This document shows positions 9,026-18,695 of a stretch of 50,774 nt of DNA, in pieces (within the stretch, counting starts at the first letter, position 1; each line of letters begins with the position of its first letter). Under the pieces are notes generated by a model that was not told the origin of the DNA, ran no database searches, and saw nothing but the letters and a program-made list of their open reading frames with translations. The translations under genes were made by a program, and so were the position numbers. The DNA is from an uncultured Candidatus Bathyarchaeia archaeon (GTDB taxonomy: Archaea > Thermoproteota > Bathyarchaeia > TCS64): NCBI GenBank assembly GCA_964587735.1, contig CAZPMB010000003.1, positions 1-50,774 on the forward strand. The letters are read 5' to 3'.

Positions 9026-9125
9026 GCCCGCGAGAAGCATCGGTAGACGGCGCCAAGGACAACCCAGGCTTGGGTCAAGGGCCTCGTAGAATCCGTTAAA
9101 TGCCGAGAGCGGGTTTTTTTCTCCG

Positions 9126-9983
9126 GTGAACTTCGTGTCAGAAAAAGGTAGGCTGAATAGATACTGGCTTCAAGAGCTCACCCGCCCAGCGTTCGAGGAC
9201 TGGCTGGACAACGAGCCGGCGCCGGTCGTCGTCATAGGCGTCGGATCCATCGAACAGCATGGTCCCCACCTGCCCCTGGGGATGGACTCGCTCGGCGCCC
9301 GGGCCTTCGTGCACGAGGTCGCGAGGCGGACCAACAGCGTCTGCGTGCACCCTTGCTGGCCCGGCTACTCGCCTCACCACATGGGCTTCAGGGGGACCAT
9401 CACCCTCAGCGAGTACACCCTCCTCGGCGTCCTAATGGACACCATAGGCAGCCTGGCTGAGCACGGCGTCAAGCGCTTCGTCCTCTCGAACCACCACGGA
9501 GGAAACAGCAACATCTTCAACCTCGCCATTCAGTTGGCGAAGAGGGAGTACGGGGTCATGGTCTCGGCACCGACGGGGCCGAGCAAGACGGAGCTGGCGA
9601 AGGTTCAGGAGGAGAGGCAGAAGCGCAACTGGGACGTCCACTCGGGGGTCAACGAGACCTCCGCCGCCCTCCACCTCTTCCCAGAGCTCGTGGAGATGTG
9701 GCGTATACCCGACGGATGGAGGCCATCGCTGAGCATCGACCCGAGGCTGATGGAGTTCATGGACCCCGACAGGGAGGACTTCGAGCTGGTCAGCCAGGTG
9801 AGGGGGGCATGCGGCGAGCCGGATACCGACGACTTCTCCACGGACGGTATCTACGGAACGAACGACCCCAGAGACGCGGACCCGGAGGAGTACAGTAAAA
9901 GGTTCGAGGAGAGGGTCAACTTCTTCGTCGACTTCATCAACCTCTGGAAGACAATCCCCATACCGCCGGCGTTCAGGGACTGA
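9126..9983 (+). CDS. Creatininase/creatinine amidohydrolase family protein
   Basis: GSIEQHGPHLPLGMD, SPHH, NHHGGN, HSGVNETS. Confidence 0.9.
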   Translation: MNFVSEKGRLNRYWLQELTRPAFEDWLDNEPAPVVVIGVGSIEQHGPHLPLGMDSLGARAFVHEVARRTNSVCVHPCWPGYSPHHMGFRGTITLSEYTLLGVLMDTIGSLAEHGVKRFVLSNHHGGNSNIFNLAIQLAKREYGVMVSAPTGPSKTELAKVQEERQKRNWDVHSGVNETSAALHLFPELVEMWRIPDGWRPSLSIDPRLMEFMDPDREDFELVSQVRGACGEPDTDDFSTDGIYGTNDPRDADPEEYSKRFEERVNFFVDFINLWKTIPIPPAFRD

Positions 9984-9987
9984 CCCC

Positions 9988-10008
9988 TTTTTTTATGCTC
10001 ATTTTTTT
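9988..10008 (+). terminator. Oligo-T archaeal terminator
   Basis: Two T7 runs immediately after the creatininase stop. Confidence 0.55.
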
Positions 10009-10216
10009 ACTTGCCCCATTTGCACAGACGATGTAGTAGAAGGCCAAGAGCCATTCTTCAAACTAGGATTCTGCATCTTCGTACCGACATTAATTTGCGC
10101 CTCCTCCGGACATCATGGACTTGGTCTGAGAGGCAGACGAGCCCCTTGCCTCAGGACGTGATTGCGACCCTCGAGGGTCCTCACGTTTTTATTTTCTCGA
10201 TTTGCTCTGATAGACG

Positions 10217-11305
10217 ATGAAATCTCGGGTCTCCGTCGTTCGGGCGAGAAGGAATGTCCCCTCAGCCGTTTGGGAGGCCGTTGGCCTCCTCGGGGGGATG
10301 GAGAGGTTCGCCGAGCCGGGCGGCACCTACCTCCTGAAGCCGAACCTCTTCACGACGAGGACCGCAGAGCAGGGGGCGACCACGGACCCGCTTGTCTTCA
10401 TCACCCTCGCCGAGATGCTCAAGGAGGTGGGAGCCACGCCCGTGGTTGGTGAGTGCCCAGCGACGGGCTCTTACACGAGGCCCGACATCGTCTTCGACGG
10501 CCCGGGGATCAGGAAGATGTGCAAGGAGGCGGGTGTGGAGATTAAGGCCCTCGACAGGGAGGCCCCCGTCGGCGTCCTGAACCCGAACGCGGAGGTCGTC
10601 AGGGAACTCTGGTTCCCCGAGTTCGCCATGAGGTGCGACGGTATCTTCAACGTACCTAAGCTCAAGACCCACAACCTCACGAAGCTCACGTGCGCCGTGA
10701 AGAACCTCTTCGGCCTCCAGCAGGGGGGTACCAAGGCAAACCACCACGTCCGGACAGCCAATGACCCGGAGAGGTTCAGCAGGCTCCTCGTGGACATTTA
10801 CGAGAACATCAGGGGACGTGTTATGCTGAACGTCGTCGACGCCGTAGTAGCCATGGAGGGGGAGGGGCCGACCACCGGCGATCCTGTGGACCTTGGGTTG
10901 ATAATAGCCGGCGAGGACGCCGTCTCCGTCGACCTCGTGGCATCAGCCATAATGGGATGGGATCCGATGGAGGTTGGGACCAGCTTCATAGCCGCGGAGC
11001 GGGGCCTCGGACCGAAGTCGATCGACGATATCGAGGTGGTTGGCCTGCCCCTGGACGAGGCGGTCCACCCCATGAAGAGGCCCCTGACCCACTCAGATGG
11101 CCAGATGTTTATAGACATCAGGATGCCGATCGAATGGTACGAGGATAGGTGCACGGGCTGCGGCGTTTGCGCGGAGGTGTGCCCCGGGCACGCAATAACC
11201 ATGCTGGATGCTCCGGTAATCAACGACGAGCTCTGCATACAGTGCTTCTGCTGCATGGAGCTCTGCCCGAGAGGTGCCATCAGGGCCATAAGGCCAGACG
11301 AGTGA
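10217..11305 (+). CDS. DUF362 domain protein with 2x[4Fe-4S] ferredoxin domain
   Basis: LLKPN, VPKLKTH, TCAVKNLFG, MEGEGP. C-terminal CTGCGVCAEVCP and CIQCFCCMELCP. Confidence 0.9.
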   Translation: MKSRVSVVRARRNVPSAVWEAVGLLGGMERFAEPGGTYLLKPNLFTTRTAEQGATTDPLVFITLAEMLKEVGATPVVGECPATGSYTRPDIVFDGPGIRKMCKEAGVEIKALDREAPVGVLNPNAEVVRELWFPEFAMRCDGIFNVPKLKTHNLTKLTCAVKNLFGLQQGGTKANHHVRTANDPERFSRLLVDIYENIRGRVMLNVVDAVVAMEGEGPTTGDPVDLGLIIAGEDAVSVDLVASAIMGWDPMEVGTSFIAAERGLGPKSIDDIEVVGLPLDEAVHPMKRPLTHSDGQMFIDIRMPIEWYEDRCTGCGVCAEVCPGHAITMLDAPVINDELCIQCFCCMELCPRGAIRAIRPDE

Positions 11306-11364
11306 AGCGGGGGCAGATAACCCTTTGAAAGGGTGAGGACGACTCCTATTTGAGGCTAAACGCA

Positions 11365-11811
11365 ATGTCGGAGAGATGCATCTTCTGCAGGATAACCAGG
11401 GGCGACGCCCCGGCCCATATGGTCTATAGGGACGGGAGGGCCCTCGCCTTCCTCGACATCCACCCGTCCGCCCCTGGCCACACCATCATCATCCCCAGGG
11501 CCCACGCTGCGAGGGTGGAGGACCTGTCTCAGGAGGACGCGGCGGCGCTGTTCAGGGCCCTCCACCTCCTCGTGGGCCGGATACAGGCTGCTGTCGACGC
11601 CCCAGCCAGCACAATCGGCATTAACAACGGCCATGAGAGCGGGCAGGAGATACCCCACGTCCATATTCATGTCATACCAAGAGCCTTAGGAGATAGGGGA
11701 GGGATCATACAGGGCATCGCCCGCCCACCTCGACGCCTTAACGAAGAAGAAATGATGGAAATAGCCGATAAGATACGACAATCGGCGTCCAACATAGCGC
11801 TGGACAGATAG
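11365..11811 (+). CDS. HIT family protein
   Basis: CIFCRI, AFLDIHP..PGHT, GQEIPHVHIHVIPR. Confidence 0.93.
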   Translation: MSERCIFCRITRGDAPAHMVYRDGRALAFLDIHPSAPGHTIIIPRAHAARVEDLSQEDAAALFRALHLLVGRIQAAVDAPASTIGINNGHESGQEIPHVHIHVIPRALGDRGGIIQGIARPPRRLNEEEMMEIADKIRQSASNIALDR

Positions 11812-11922
11812 AATTGGGAACAGCGCAGCGTTTCCGGATCAATCACTTCTCTTGGGGAAAAAGACCACCCAGAAACGGGCCTGCTGTGATTAGACACGGT
11901 AATATATTCATTTCCAGTACAC

Positions 11923-12759
11923 ATGCTTGACCAGAGACGAGGTCTGAAAATGGCCGGTCAGAGAAGCAAGATCGAGGCCCTGAGCAGGTACCTGAAATTG
12001 TCCACGCCCCCGGTGGCGGTCAAGTATTTCACGTCCTTCGACGAGGAGCTAGAGTGGAAGATGGCGAACGCGGGGTTCTACAGGCCCAAGAACCCGATAA
12101 ACGTCTGCCAGTGCGTCGGCCTCGCGAGGCATCACTCCAGGAGTGTCTTGGCTACCGCAGAGGACATGGCCTGCAACATAGGCGCAATGGCAATTGGGTT
12201 GGGACCTTTCGATGAAAAGATGGGGTCCGGTGAAATAGGAATACTCGACGGCATTAGGGGCAGCCCCGAGCTCTGTAGGGAACTCTTCGAGACGCTGCCA
12301 AGGATTGACTACGGAGAGGTCAAAGCCGTTGCCTGCGCTCCCCTCGACGATATGGATATCGACTTCGATCAGGTCGTCTTCTACGGGACGCCCCTGGAGG
12401 TCCTGAAGATCGTGCAGGCCTGCCTCTGGGGCAGAGGGGCTCGTCTAGCCTTCTCCACAAGCGCCAAATACGGCGTCTGCTCGGAGGGGATGGCGAACTG
12501 CTACAAGACGAAGGAGCCCTCGCCGGGGTTTCCGTGCCGGGGCGAGAGGGTGAGCTCCATAATCCAGGAGCATGAGATGTTCGTCTGCGTCCCAGCAGAG
12601 CACCTGGGAGACCTCATCGTGGGATTGGAGAAGACGAAGCACCTGCTCCCAACCCCCATGCCCTTCAGCGGGGTCGACCAAGAGCCGACCTTCCTCCCCG
12701 ACTACTACCTGACCGAAAACGCAAAGGCAAGGCGGGATAGGTCGAGGGCCGCCCCCTGA
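11923..12759 (+). CDS. DUF169 family protein
   Basis: PVAVK, NVCQ..GLAR, CNIG, GVCS, GFPCRGER Cys pattern. Alternative start ATG 11950. Confidence 0.8.
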   Translation: MLDQRRGLKMAGQRSKIEALSRYLKLSTPPVAVKYFTSFDEELEWKMANAGFYRPKNPINVCQCVGLARHHSRSVLATAEDMACNIGAMAIGLGPFDEKMGSGEIGILDGIRGSPELCRELFETLPRIDYGEVKAVACAPLDDMDIDFDQVVFYGTPLEVLKIVQACLWGRGARLAFSTSAKYGVCSEGMANCYKTKEPSPGFPCRGERVSSIIQEHEMFVCVPAEHLGDLIVGLEKTKHLLPTPMPFSGVDQEPTFLPDYYLTENAKARRDRSRAAP

Positions 12760-12823
12760 CACCAATTCGCTCTCCGAATGGTTATTAAAACCCCTCACGC
12801 CATGTTCCCCGAAGGTCAGACCC

Positions 12824-13900
12824 GTGTCCAAACTCTTCAGACCCTACAGGATAGGTTCGATGGAGATCCGGAATCGCTTCATGCGGTCCGCCACAACCTC
12901 CGCTTGGTCAGACGAGCGTGGCATAATACGCCCTGAGATCGTCGACCTTTATCGAGGGCTCGCCGAGGGCGGCGTGGGCCTGATAGTCAAGGGCCACCTA
13001 TACGTCACAGACTCCGGAAAAGCCCACGCTGGCATGGCTGGCATCAGCGGTGACCATCATGTCCCTGGGCTCAGGAAAATCACCGACATTGTCCACGAAA
13101 ACGGCGGAAAGATTGTGGCCCAGGTCAACCACGCCGGTTATAATAGCATCGTTGAGAGGGTGGGCCCCTCCGAGTACGATGGGGGAGATTGGAGGGCGAG
13201 GGCCCTCTCATCGAGGGAGATCGAGGAGATCGTGAGGGCCTTCGGCGACGCGGCGGACAGGACGATGGAGGCGGGATTCGACGGCGTCCAGATCCACGGC
13301 GCCCACGGTTACCTGATATCGCAGTTCCTCTCTAGGCTCTCGAACAGGCGGACCGACGAGTGGGGAGGCAGCCTCGAGAAGAGGACGCGCCTCCTCGACG
13401 AGGTCTACGAAGAGGTCCGATCGAGGGTCGGCGGCTCCGTTCCCGTGCTTCTCAAGATGAACTGCGACGATTTCTCCCCCGGGGGATTCACCGTAGAGGA
13501 CAGCGCCAAGGTCGCAGAGGCCATCTGCAAAAGAGGCATCGACCTCTTGGAGCTGAGCGGAGGCGGCATCGGGCAGCAGAGGAGGCTCCGGGAGAGGGCG
13601 AGGCACCGTGACCCGGTATTGGCCGAGGCCAGCTTCGCGGGACATGCCGAGAGAATCAGGGCCTCTATTAAGCCTAGGCCTTTAGCGCTGGTGAACGGCG
13701 TCAGGAGCAGACGCTGTATGGACGCCATAATCGAGAGGGGCATCGCCGACGTGGTCTCCATGAGCAGGCCTTTTATCAGGGAGCCGGATCTGGTGAGGAG
13801 GCTTGAGGCCGGCGAGCCCATAGCCATGTGCACATCGTGCGATGCCTGCGAGGCGGAAGGCGTCTTCACGAAGACGATGCTGCGCTGCCAGATAGAATGA
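12824..13900 (+). CDS. NADH:flavin oxidoreductase (Old Yellow Enzyme family)
   Basis: NRFMRSAT, QVNHAG, GFDGVQIHGAHGYLISQFLS, NRRTDEWGGS, SRPFIREPDL. Confidence 0.93.
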   Translation: MSKLFRPYRIGSMEIRNRFMRSATTSAWSDERGIIRPEIVDLYRGLAEGGVGLIVKGHLYVTDSGKAHAGMAGISGDHHVPGLRKITDIVHENGGKIVAQVNHAGYNSIVERVGPSEYDGGDWRARALSSREIEEIVRAFGDAADRTMEAGFDGVQIHGAHGYLISQFLSRLSNRRTDEWGGSLEKRTRLLDEVYEEVRSRVGGSVPVLLKMNCDDFSPGGFTVEDSAKVAEAICKRGIDLLELSGGGIGQQRRLRERARHRDPVLAEASFAGHAERIRASIKPRPLALVNGVRSRRCMDAIIERGIADVVSMSRPFIREPDLVRRLEAGEPIAMCTSCDACEAEGVFTKTMLRCQIE

Positions 13901-13958
13901 AGCAGGATGCAGCCATAAAATCAACTCCCAAGTAGAGACCGTTAAAGGTGGTATTACA

Positions 13959-14693
13959 TTGGCTGGGGGGAGGACACACGACAGGCGCCCCTCATCGGCG
14001 CCTCTCTTCGCAGAGGACTGCTACCTCAGAGAGTTTGACGCAGAGGTCATCATCGCCGGGCCGAGGTTTGCCGTGCTTGACCGAACGGCGTTCTATCCGG
14101 AGTCCGGGGGCCAGCCCTGCGACACCGGTTACCTGAAGGCCGGCGATCGAGAGATAAGGGTTAATAGGGTCATTAGGAGGGGCTGGGATATCTTCCACTA
14201 CCTCGACGGGGATGTGATCCTCCACACAGAGGTCCACGGCGTGATAGACTGGGAACCCAGGTTCTTCAACATGAGGAGGCACAGCGCCGAGCACCTCCTC
14301 ACGGGGCTGTTCGAGGAGGCCAACGCCGGGCCGAAGGTCTACTCGGACTTAGGGAGACTGGAGTTCCAGCCCTCGAGCCTCACAGATGAAGTCGTTAGAC
14401 GAGTCGGAGACAGGTTCAACGAGGTCGTGGACAACGACGTTCCGGTGAGGATTTTTTACATGGATCGGGGGGAGCTGGAAGTCGGCGGGGACGAGAGGAA
14501 GGCGTCTTTCCTTGAGAAGATACCAAGAGACGTCCAGAGGCTCAGGATGGTCGAGATACTCGGCTTCGCGCTGACATTCTGCTTCGGAACCCATGTCTCG
14601 AGAACCGGCGAGATTGGGAGGCTCTCCTCTCTCACGCTGGAGGAGGGAAGAAAGGGAAAGAAGACTGTGCGCTTCAATCTATCAAAGACATAA
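13959..14693 (+). CDS. alaX: Alanyl-tRNA editing protein (AlaX, medium type)
   Basis: LDRTAFYPESGGQPCDTG, RRHSAEHLL (HxxxH), FCFGTHV (CxxxH). Confidence 0.88.
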   Translation: MAGGRTHDRRPSSAPLFAEDCYLREFDAEVIIAGPRFAVLDRTAFYPESGGQPCDTGYLKAGDREIRVNRVIRRGWDIFHYLDGDVILHTEVHGVIDWEPRFFNMRRHSAEHLLTGLFEEANAGPKVYSDLGRLEFQPSSLTDEVVRRVGDRFNEVVDNDVPVRIFYMDRGELEVGGDERKASFLEKIPRDVQRLRMVEILGFALTFCFGTHVSRTGEIGRLSSLTLEEGRKGKKTVRFNLSKT

Positions 14694-14844
14694 AAGGGCT
14701 CAGCCCGTAATCAACGATGGCCGGTGCTTTCTGAGAGGGATGCACGTTGTCGCTAAATGTGTTACGGATGATTTCTTATCCTGTTAGCTATGCTTAAATT
14801 TAAGGAAGCTCCGAGATACGAGACATCGAAACGAAGGATGTGGA

Positions 14845-16065
14845 ATGGCCAAGCGCTCGCTGATGCTGGACGTATTCTCCATCTACGTGCCCTCCTTCTT
14901 CATCTTCCTCGGGATGAGCATAATCTCGCCGATACTTCCCATCTACGCGGAGTCCTTCAAAGTCAACTACACCCTCGTGAGCCTGGCCATCTCCATGTAC
15001 GCCTTCGGAAGGTTCCTGGCGGACGTCCCCGTGGGGCTCCTCGCCGACAGGGTCGGGAGGAGGCTGATGATGATCCTCGGGACGATCATCCTCACCGTTT
15101 GCTCCTTCCTCAACGCCACAGCACCGACGTTCGCCCTCTTCCTCGCCTACAGGCTCCTCGAGGGGGTCGGCTCCTCTATGTGGATGACGAGCCGTACTAC
15201 ACTCCTCGCGGACATCCTCAGGCCTGAGGAGAGGGGGAGGATAATGAGCTACTTCCAGTCCTTTATGCTGCTGGGCTCGTCTGCTGGCCCTACCGTCGGG
15301 GGCTTCATCGCGATGGCATATGGCCTCAGTGCGCCTTTCTACACTTACTCCGTCGTGGGCATCATAAGCCTCGTCCTCACCTTCTTCCTGATAAAGGATC
15401 CCGAAGGCATCGCCAAGAGCCACGGTGAGGGTAGTGGCTTCTCTCTGCCGACTGTTAGGAGGCTCCTTGCGAACAGCAGCTTCAGCATGGCCTGCCTGGC
15501 CACATTCACAATCTTCTTCATGAGGACGGGCATCAGGAGCACGATGGTGCCCCTCTTCGCGGAGAGCGTCCTCCACCTCGAGGCGGACGCCATAGGAATC
15601 GTTATCAGCTGCGCGACGATCACCAACCTCATAGTCACGATCCCCATAGGCCACGCCATAGACTACTACGGCAGGAAGCCGGTGATCGTGATAAACCTGA
15701 TCGTCACGGCGATAGCGGCCCTGAGCTTCCCGTTCACAACCAGCTTCGTCGCCATGTGCGCGGTGGCCGTCATTCTGGGCATAGGAACGGGTGGAGCCGG
15801 CCAGGCGCCCCTTGCCCTGGCAAGCGACGCGACGCAGTCTGAGCCCCATGGCCTGTCTATGGGCGTCTACCGCCTCTTCGGTGACATAGGGTTCGTGGTT
15901 GGCCCGATCCTCTTGGGTGTGATAGCGGACAACTCCGATCTACGCATGCCCTTCTACTTTACGACGGCGATAATAATCGTCAACGCGGTGCTGGTCCAGG
16001 CCTTCGCCAAGGAGACGTACTCGAGGAAGAGGGAGGAACAAGGCGCAGCAACGCGATTGGAGTAA
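14845..16065 (+). CDS. MFS transporter
   Basis: About 12 TM helices. Motif A GLLADRVGRR, second-half DYYGRK. Confidence 0.92.
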   Translation: MAKRSLMLDVFSIYVPSFFIFLGMSIISPILPIYAESFKVNYTLVSLAISMYAFGRFLADVPVGLLADRVGRRLMMILGTIILTVCSFLNATAPTFALFLAYRLLEGVGSSMWMTSRTTLLADILRPEERGRIMSYFQSFMLLGSSAGPTVGGFIAMAYGLSAPFYTYSVVGIISLVLTFFLIKDPEGIAKSHGEGSGFSLPTVRRLLANSSFSMACLATFTIFFMRTGIRSTMVPLFAESVLHLEADAIGIVISCATITNLIVTIPIGHAIDYYGRKPVIVINLIVTAIAALSFPFTTSFVAMCAVAVILGIGTGGAGQAPLALASDATQSEPHGLSMGVYRLFGDIGFVVGPILLGVIADNSDLRMPFYFTTAIIIVNAVLVQAFAKETYSRKREEQGAATRLE

Positions 16066-16223
16066 ACTGGTAAATACCGAAATTACAAGCTACTTCATAA
16101 TTCCAGCTTTTCGGTGGGGTTCAGGATGGAGCGTATCTAAATTGGTCGAGGAATTTGATAGATAGGTATATGCGCTCTTGTCGAGGGTGCGCACATCATT
16201 CTATCTAGGTGAAATCTCTCTCA

Positions 16224-16712
16224 TCATCTTGTGAACACACGGACTTGTTTTTCATACGTCGTCAATTGTTCCATGCCTATCCTAGCTGTGAATACGAGCG
16301 TGCCATTTACCTGAGGAGCAACGATTATCGGAAACAGCCAGACCTTTGAACCGGGTGGCATTAAGTATATAGGCCCGGTGGGGCTCAGATGAGCTGAGTA
16401 GCCGGCGTCAAGCGGCTTACCGTTAAGGGTGCATCCGAACTCTAATCGAGTTAACGCTTCCTGTGGGACCGGGAAGGGAAGATTATTAAAGTGAATGATG
16501 GAAGCCGTGACGTTCTCTCCGATAAAACAGGTGTCCCGGTCCGTCTCGATTCTGAATCCCACCATCTGCTTCGTGATGGCAACAAAGACAACGAGCAACA
16601 GGCAGGCAATTATGGGTAGATGAGTAGATATTCTTCTAAAATCGTTCATAGGCCTACCCAGATAGCTGCATATCAGCCAGGATGCGCATCCAAATAAAAG
16701 CACTATAGTCAA
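16224..16712 (-). CDS. Hypothetical membrane-anchored protein with beta-rich extracellular domain
   Basis: Hydrophobic anchor (LPIIACLLLVVFVAI) followed by a beta-strand-rich region. Visibly lower GC than its neighbours. The only long ORF in this gap. Confidence 0.55.
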   Translation of the reverse strand: MTIVLLFGCASWLICSYLGRPMNDFRRISTHLPIIACLLLVVFVAITKQMVGFRIETDRDTCFIGENVTASIIHFNNLPFPVPQEALTRLEFGCTLNGKPLDAGYSAHLSPTGPIYLMPPGSKVWLFPIIVAPQVNGTLVFTARIGMEQLTTYEKQVRVFTR

Positions 16713-17068
16713 CTAATAAAAAAGGAGAGCTCGCAGATCATTAAAGACAACCAGCGTTGAGAAGGGCGAGGCTTAACCGGCGAAACCCGCTATTACTGCA
16801 GCAGTAATAAGGAGTTTTCATCGTGAGAGCAAGGTTCCTCAGAGAGGGATAGTAGGCTTCTGGAGAGATGGCCGGAGGGCGGGAAGGGGGCCGGGAAGAC
16901 GAGGAAGCTGTTCAAACGGATCAGGTGGACGATGCGTTGTCGGGAGTTTCCCTGACGACGTACATCCTCCAATTCACGCTCTCGCCTCATTTATCTTCCC
17001 GGGTCCGCGCGAAGTCAATACGTTTTTAAGGTTCGGATCTTCTCAAGTGTGCTAGGTGAAAGATAAAA

Positions 17069-17623
17069 ATGGATGGTTTATTCTTGATCGGCGGCATAGT
17101 GGTCGTCGCTGCCCTCATAGTGCTCGTCTTCGTCTACTACTACAACCGCATAAGGGTCCTCGGGAACCGCATCGAGGAGGCCTGGGCCCAGATAGACGTC
17201 CAGCTGAAGAAGAGGTACGACCTCGTCCCCAACCTCGTCGAGACCGTAAAGGGCTACGCGTCCCACGAGAGGGCGATCTTCGAGAAGATCGCGGCCTCCA
17301 GGGAGAGGATGGTCTCAGGCGGAAGCAGGGAGGAGAGGATGGAGGCCTCCAACGCCCTAACGGGCGCCCTCCGAAGCCTCTTCGCCGTCGCCGAGGCCTA
17401 CCCGAACCTGAAGGCCTCAGAGAACTTCAAGCTCCTCCAGGAGCAGCTCGAGGGGATCGAGAACAAGATCGCCTACGCGCGGCAGTTCTACAACAGCTCA
17501 GTCCTCGACTACAACAACTTGATCACGACGATCCCCGGCACCTGGTTCGCTGGCGGCAGGCAGAAGCACGCCTTCCTTGAGGTGCCCGAGGCCGAGAGAG
17601 CGCCGGTCAAAGTGGCGTTCTGA
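17069..17623 (+). CDS. lemA: LemA family protein
   Basis: N-terminal TM. AWAQIDVQLKKRYDLVPNLVETVKGYA, EAYPNLKASENF, ARQFYN. Confidence 0.96.
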   Translation: MDGLFLIGGIVVVAALIVLVFVYYYNRIRVLGNRIEEAWAQIDVQLKKRYDLVPNLVETVKGYASHERAIFEKIAASRERMVSGGSREERMEASNALTGALRSLFAVAEAYPNLKASENFKLLQEQLEGIENKIAYARQFYNSSVLDYNNLITTIPGTWFAGGRQKHAFLEVPEAERAPVKVAF

Positions 17624-18537
17624 TGGGGCGCCTAGACGTCCGGGACGAGATGGCGAAGAACAGGAGGGCCTCTGTCCTCCTGATAGCGGTCGTCGCCGCC
17701 ATAATCCTCGTCCTCGCCTATACCATCGCTTTTCTGTTCGCACCGGAGTACCTGATCGTCGTCCTACCATTCTCCCTTATTTTCATCGCAATCTACACCT
17801 ACAGCTCGTACATGTACGGGGACCAGGTCGTTCTCTCGGCGACCGGCGCGGTTCCGGCTGAGGGCAGGGATTACATCTATCTCAGGGACACCGTAGAGGG
17901 CCTAAGCATCGCCGCTGGCATAGCTCTACCCAAACCCTACGTCATCCACAGCAGCGAGATGAACGCCTTCGCGACTGGCAGGGATCCGGAGCACGCGAGC
18001 GTCGCCGTCACCTCTGGCCTGATCCAGGAGCTGAACAGGCAGGAGCTGGAGGGGGTCATCAGCCACGAGATCTCCCACATCCGTAACCGGGACATCCAGT
18101 TCATGACCCTGGTCGCCGTTCTCGTCGGCCTCGCCGCCATCCTCAGCCACGTCATCCTCAGGACCTTCAGGTACGGAGGGCTGATCGGGGGCCGGAGGGA
18201 ACGGAGGGGGAGGAGGGGCGGCGGGATCGAGATCATAATCCTCGTCGTGGGCGTCATCCTCGCAATATTCGCCCCCATCCTGACCCGCCTGGTCCAGTTC
18301 GCCGTGTCCAGGAGGCGTGAGTTCCTTGCGGACGCGTCGGGCGCGGAGCTGAGCCGGTACCCGGAGGGGCTCGCCTCGGCCCTTGAGAAGATCATGAGGC
18401 ACAACCAGGGGAAGATGGACGTGAGCGAGGCTGTAAGCCACCTGTTCTTCGTGGATCCGAACAGGAGCGCCCTCGACGCCCTGTACGCGACCCATCCGCC
18501 GATTCAGGAGAGGATCAGGCGGCTCAGAGCGATGTAG
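17623..18537 (+). CDS. htpX: M48 zinc metalloprotease HtpX
   Basis: NAFATG, HEISH (HExxH), RRREFLAD, THPPIQERI. Coupled to lemA. Confidence 0.95.
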   Translation: MGRLDVRDEMAKNRRASVLLIAVVAAIILVLAYTIAFLFAPEYLIVVLPFSLIFIAIYTYSSYMYGDQVVLSATGAVPAEGRDYIYLRDTVEGLSIAAGIALPKPYVIHSSEMNAFATGRDPEHASVAVTSGLIQELNRQELEGVISHEISHIRNRDIQFMTLVAVLVGLAAILSHVILRTFRYGGLIGGRRERRGRRGGGIEIIILVVGVILAIFAPILTRLVQFAVSRRREFLADASGAELSRYPEGLASALEKIMRHNQGKMDVSEAVSHLFFVDPNRSALDALYATHPPIQERIRRLRAM

Positions 18538-18567
18538 GCCCCAGCAGGGTCCGGCCGCTCATCGCGC

Positions 18568-18574
18568 TTTTTTT
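18568..18574 (+). terminator. Oligo-T terminator after htpX
   Basis: T7 run about 30 nt after the stop. Confidence 0.45.
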
Positions 18575-18695
18575 CTAATACCCAGTGGCTGGGTATAGTG
18601 GATTTCCACGCCGAATACGTAGGTTGAGAGTGCGTTTCTCGACTTCTATCGTCGAATGGTTTGTCTTTTACCGTTTCTCTAACCCTTATTCTAGG

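Noticed and set aside
16862-16955. Walker-A-like GGKGAGKT in a short frame
   Set aside because: No start, no preceding hydrophobic strand, G-rich sequence; likely chance.
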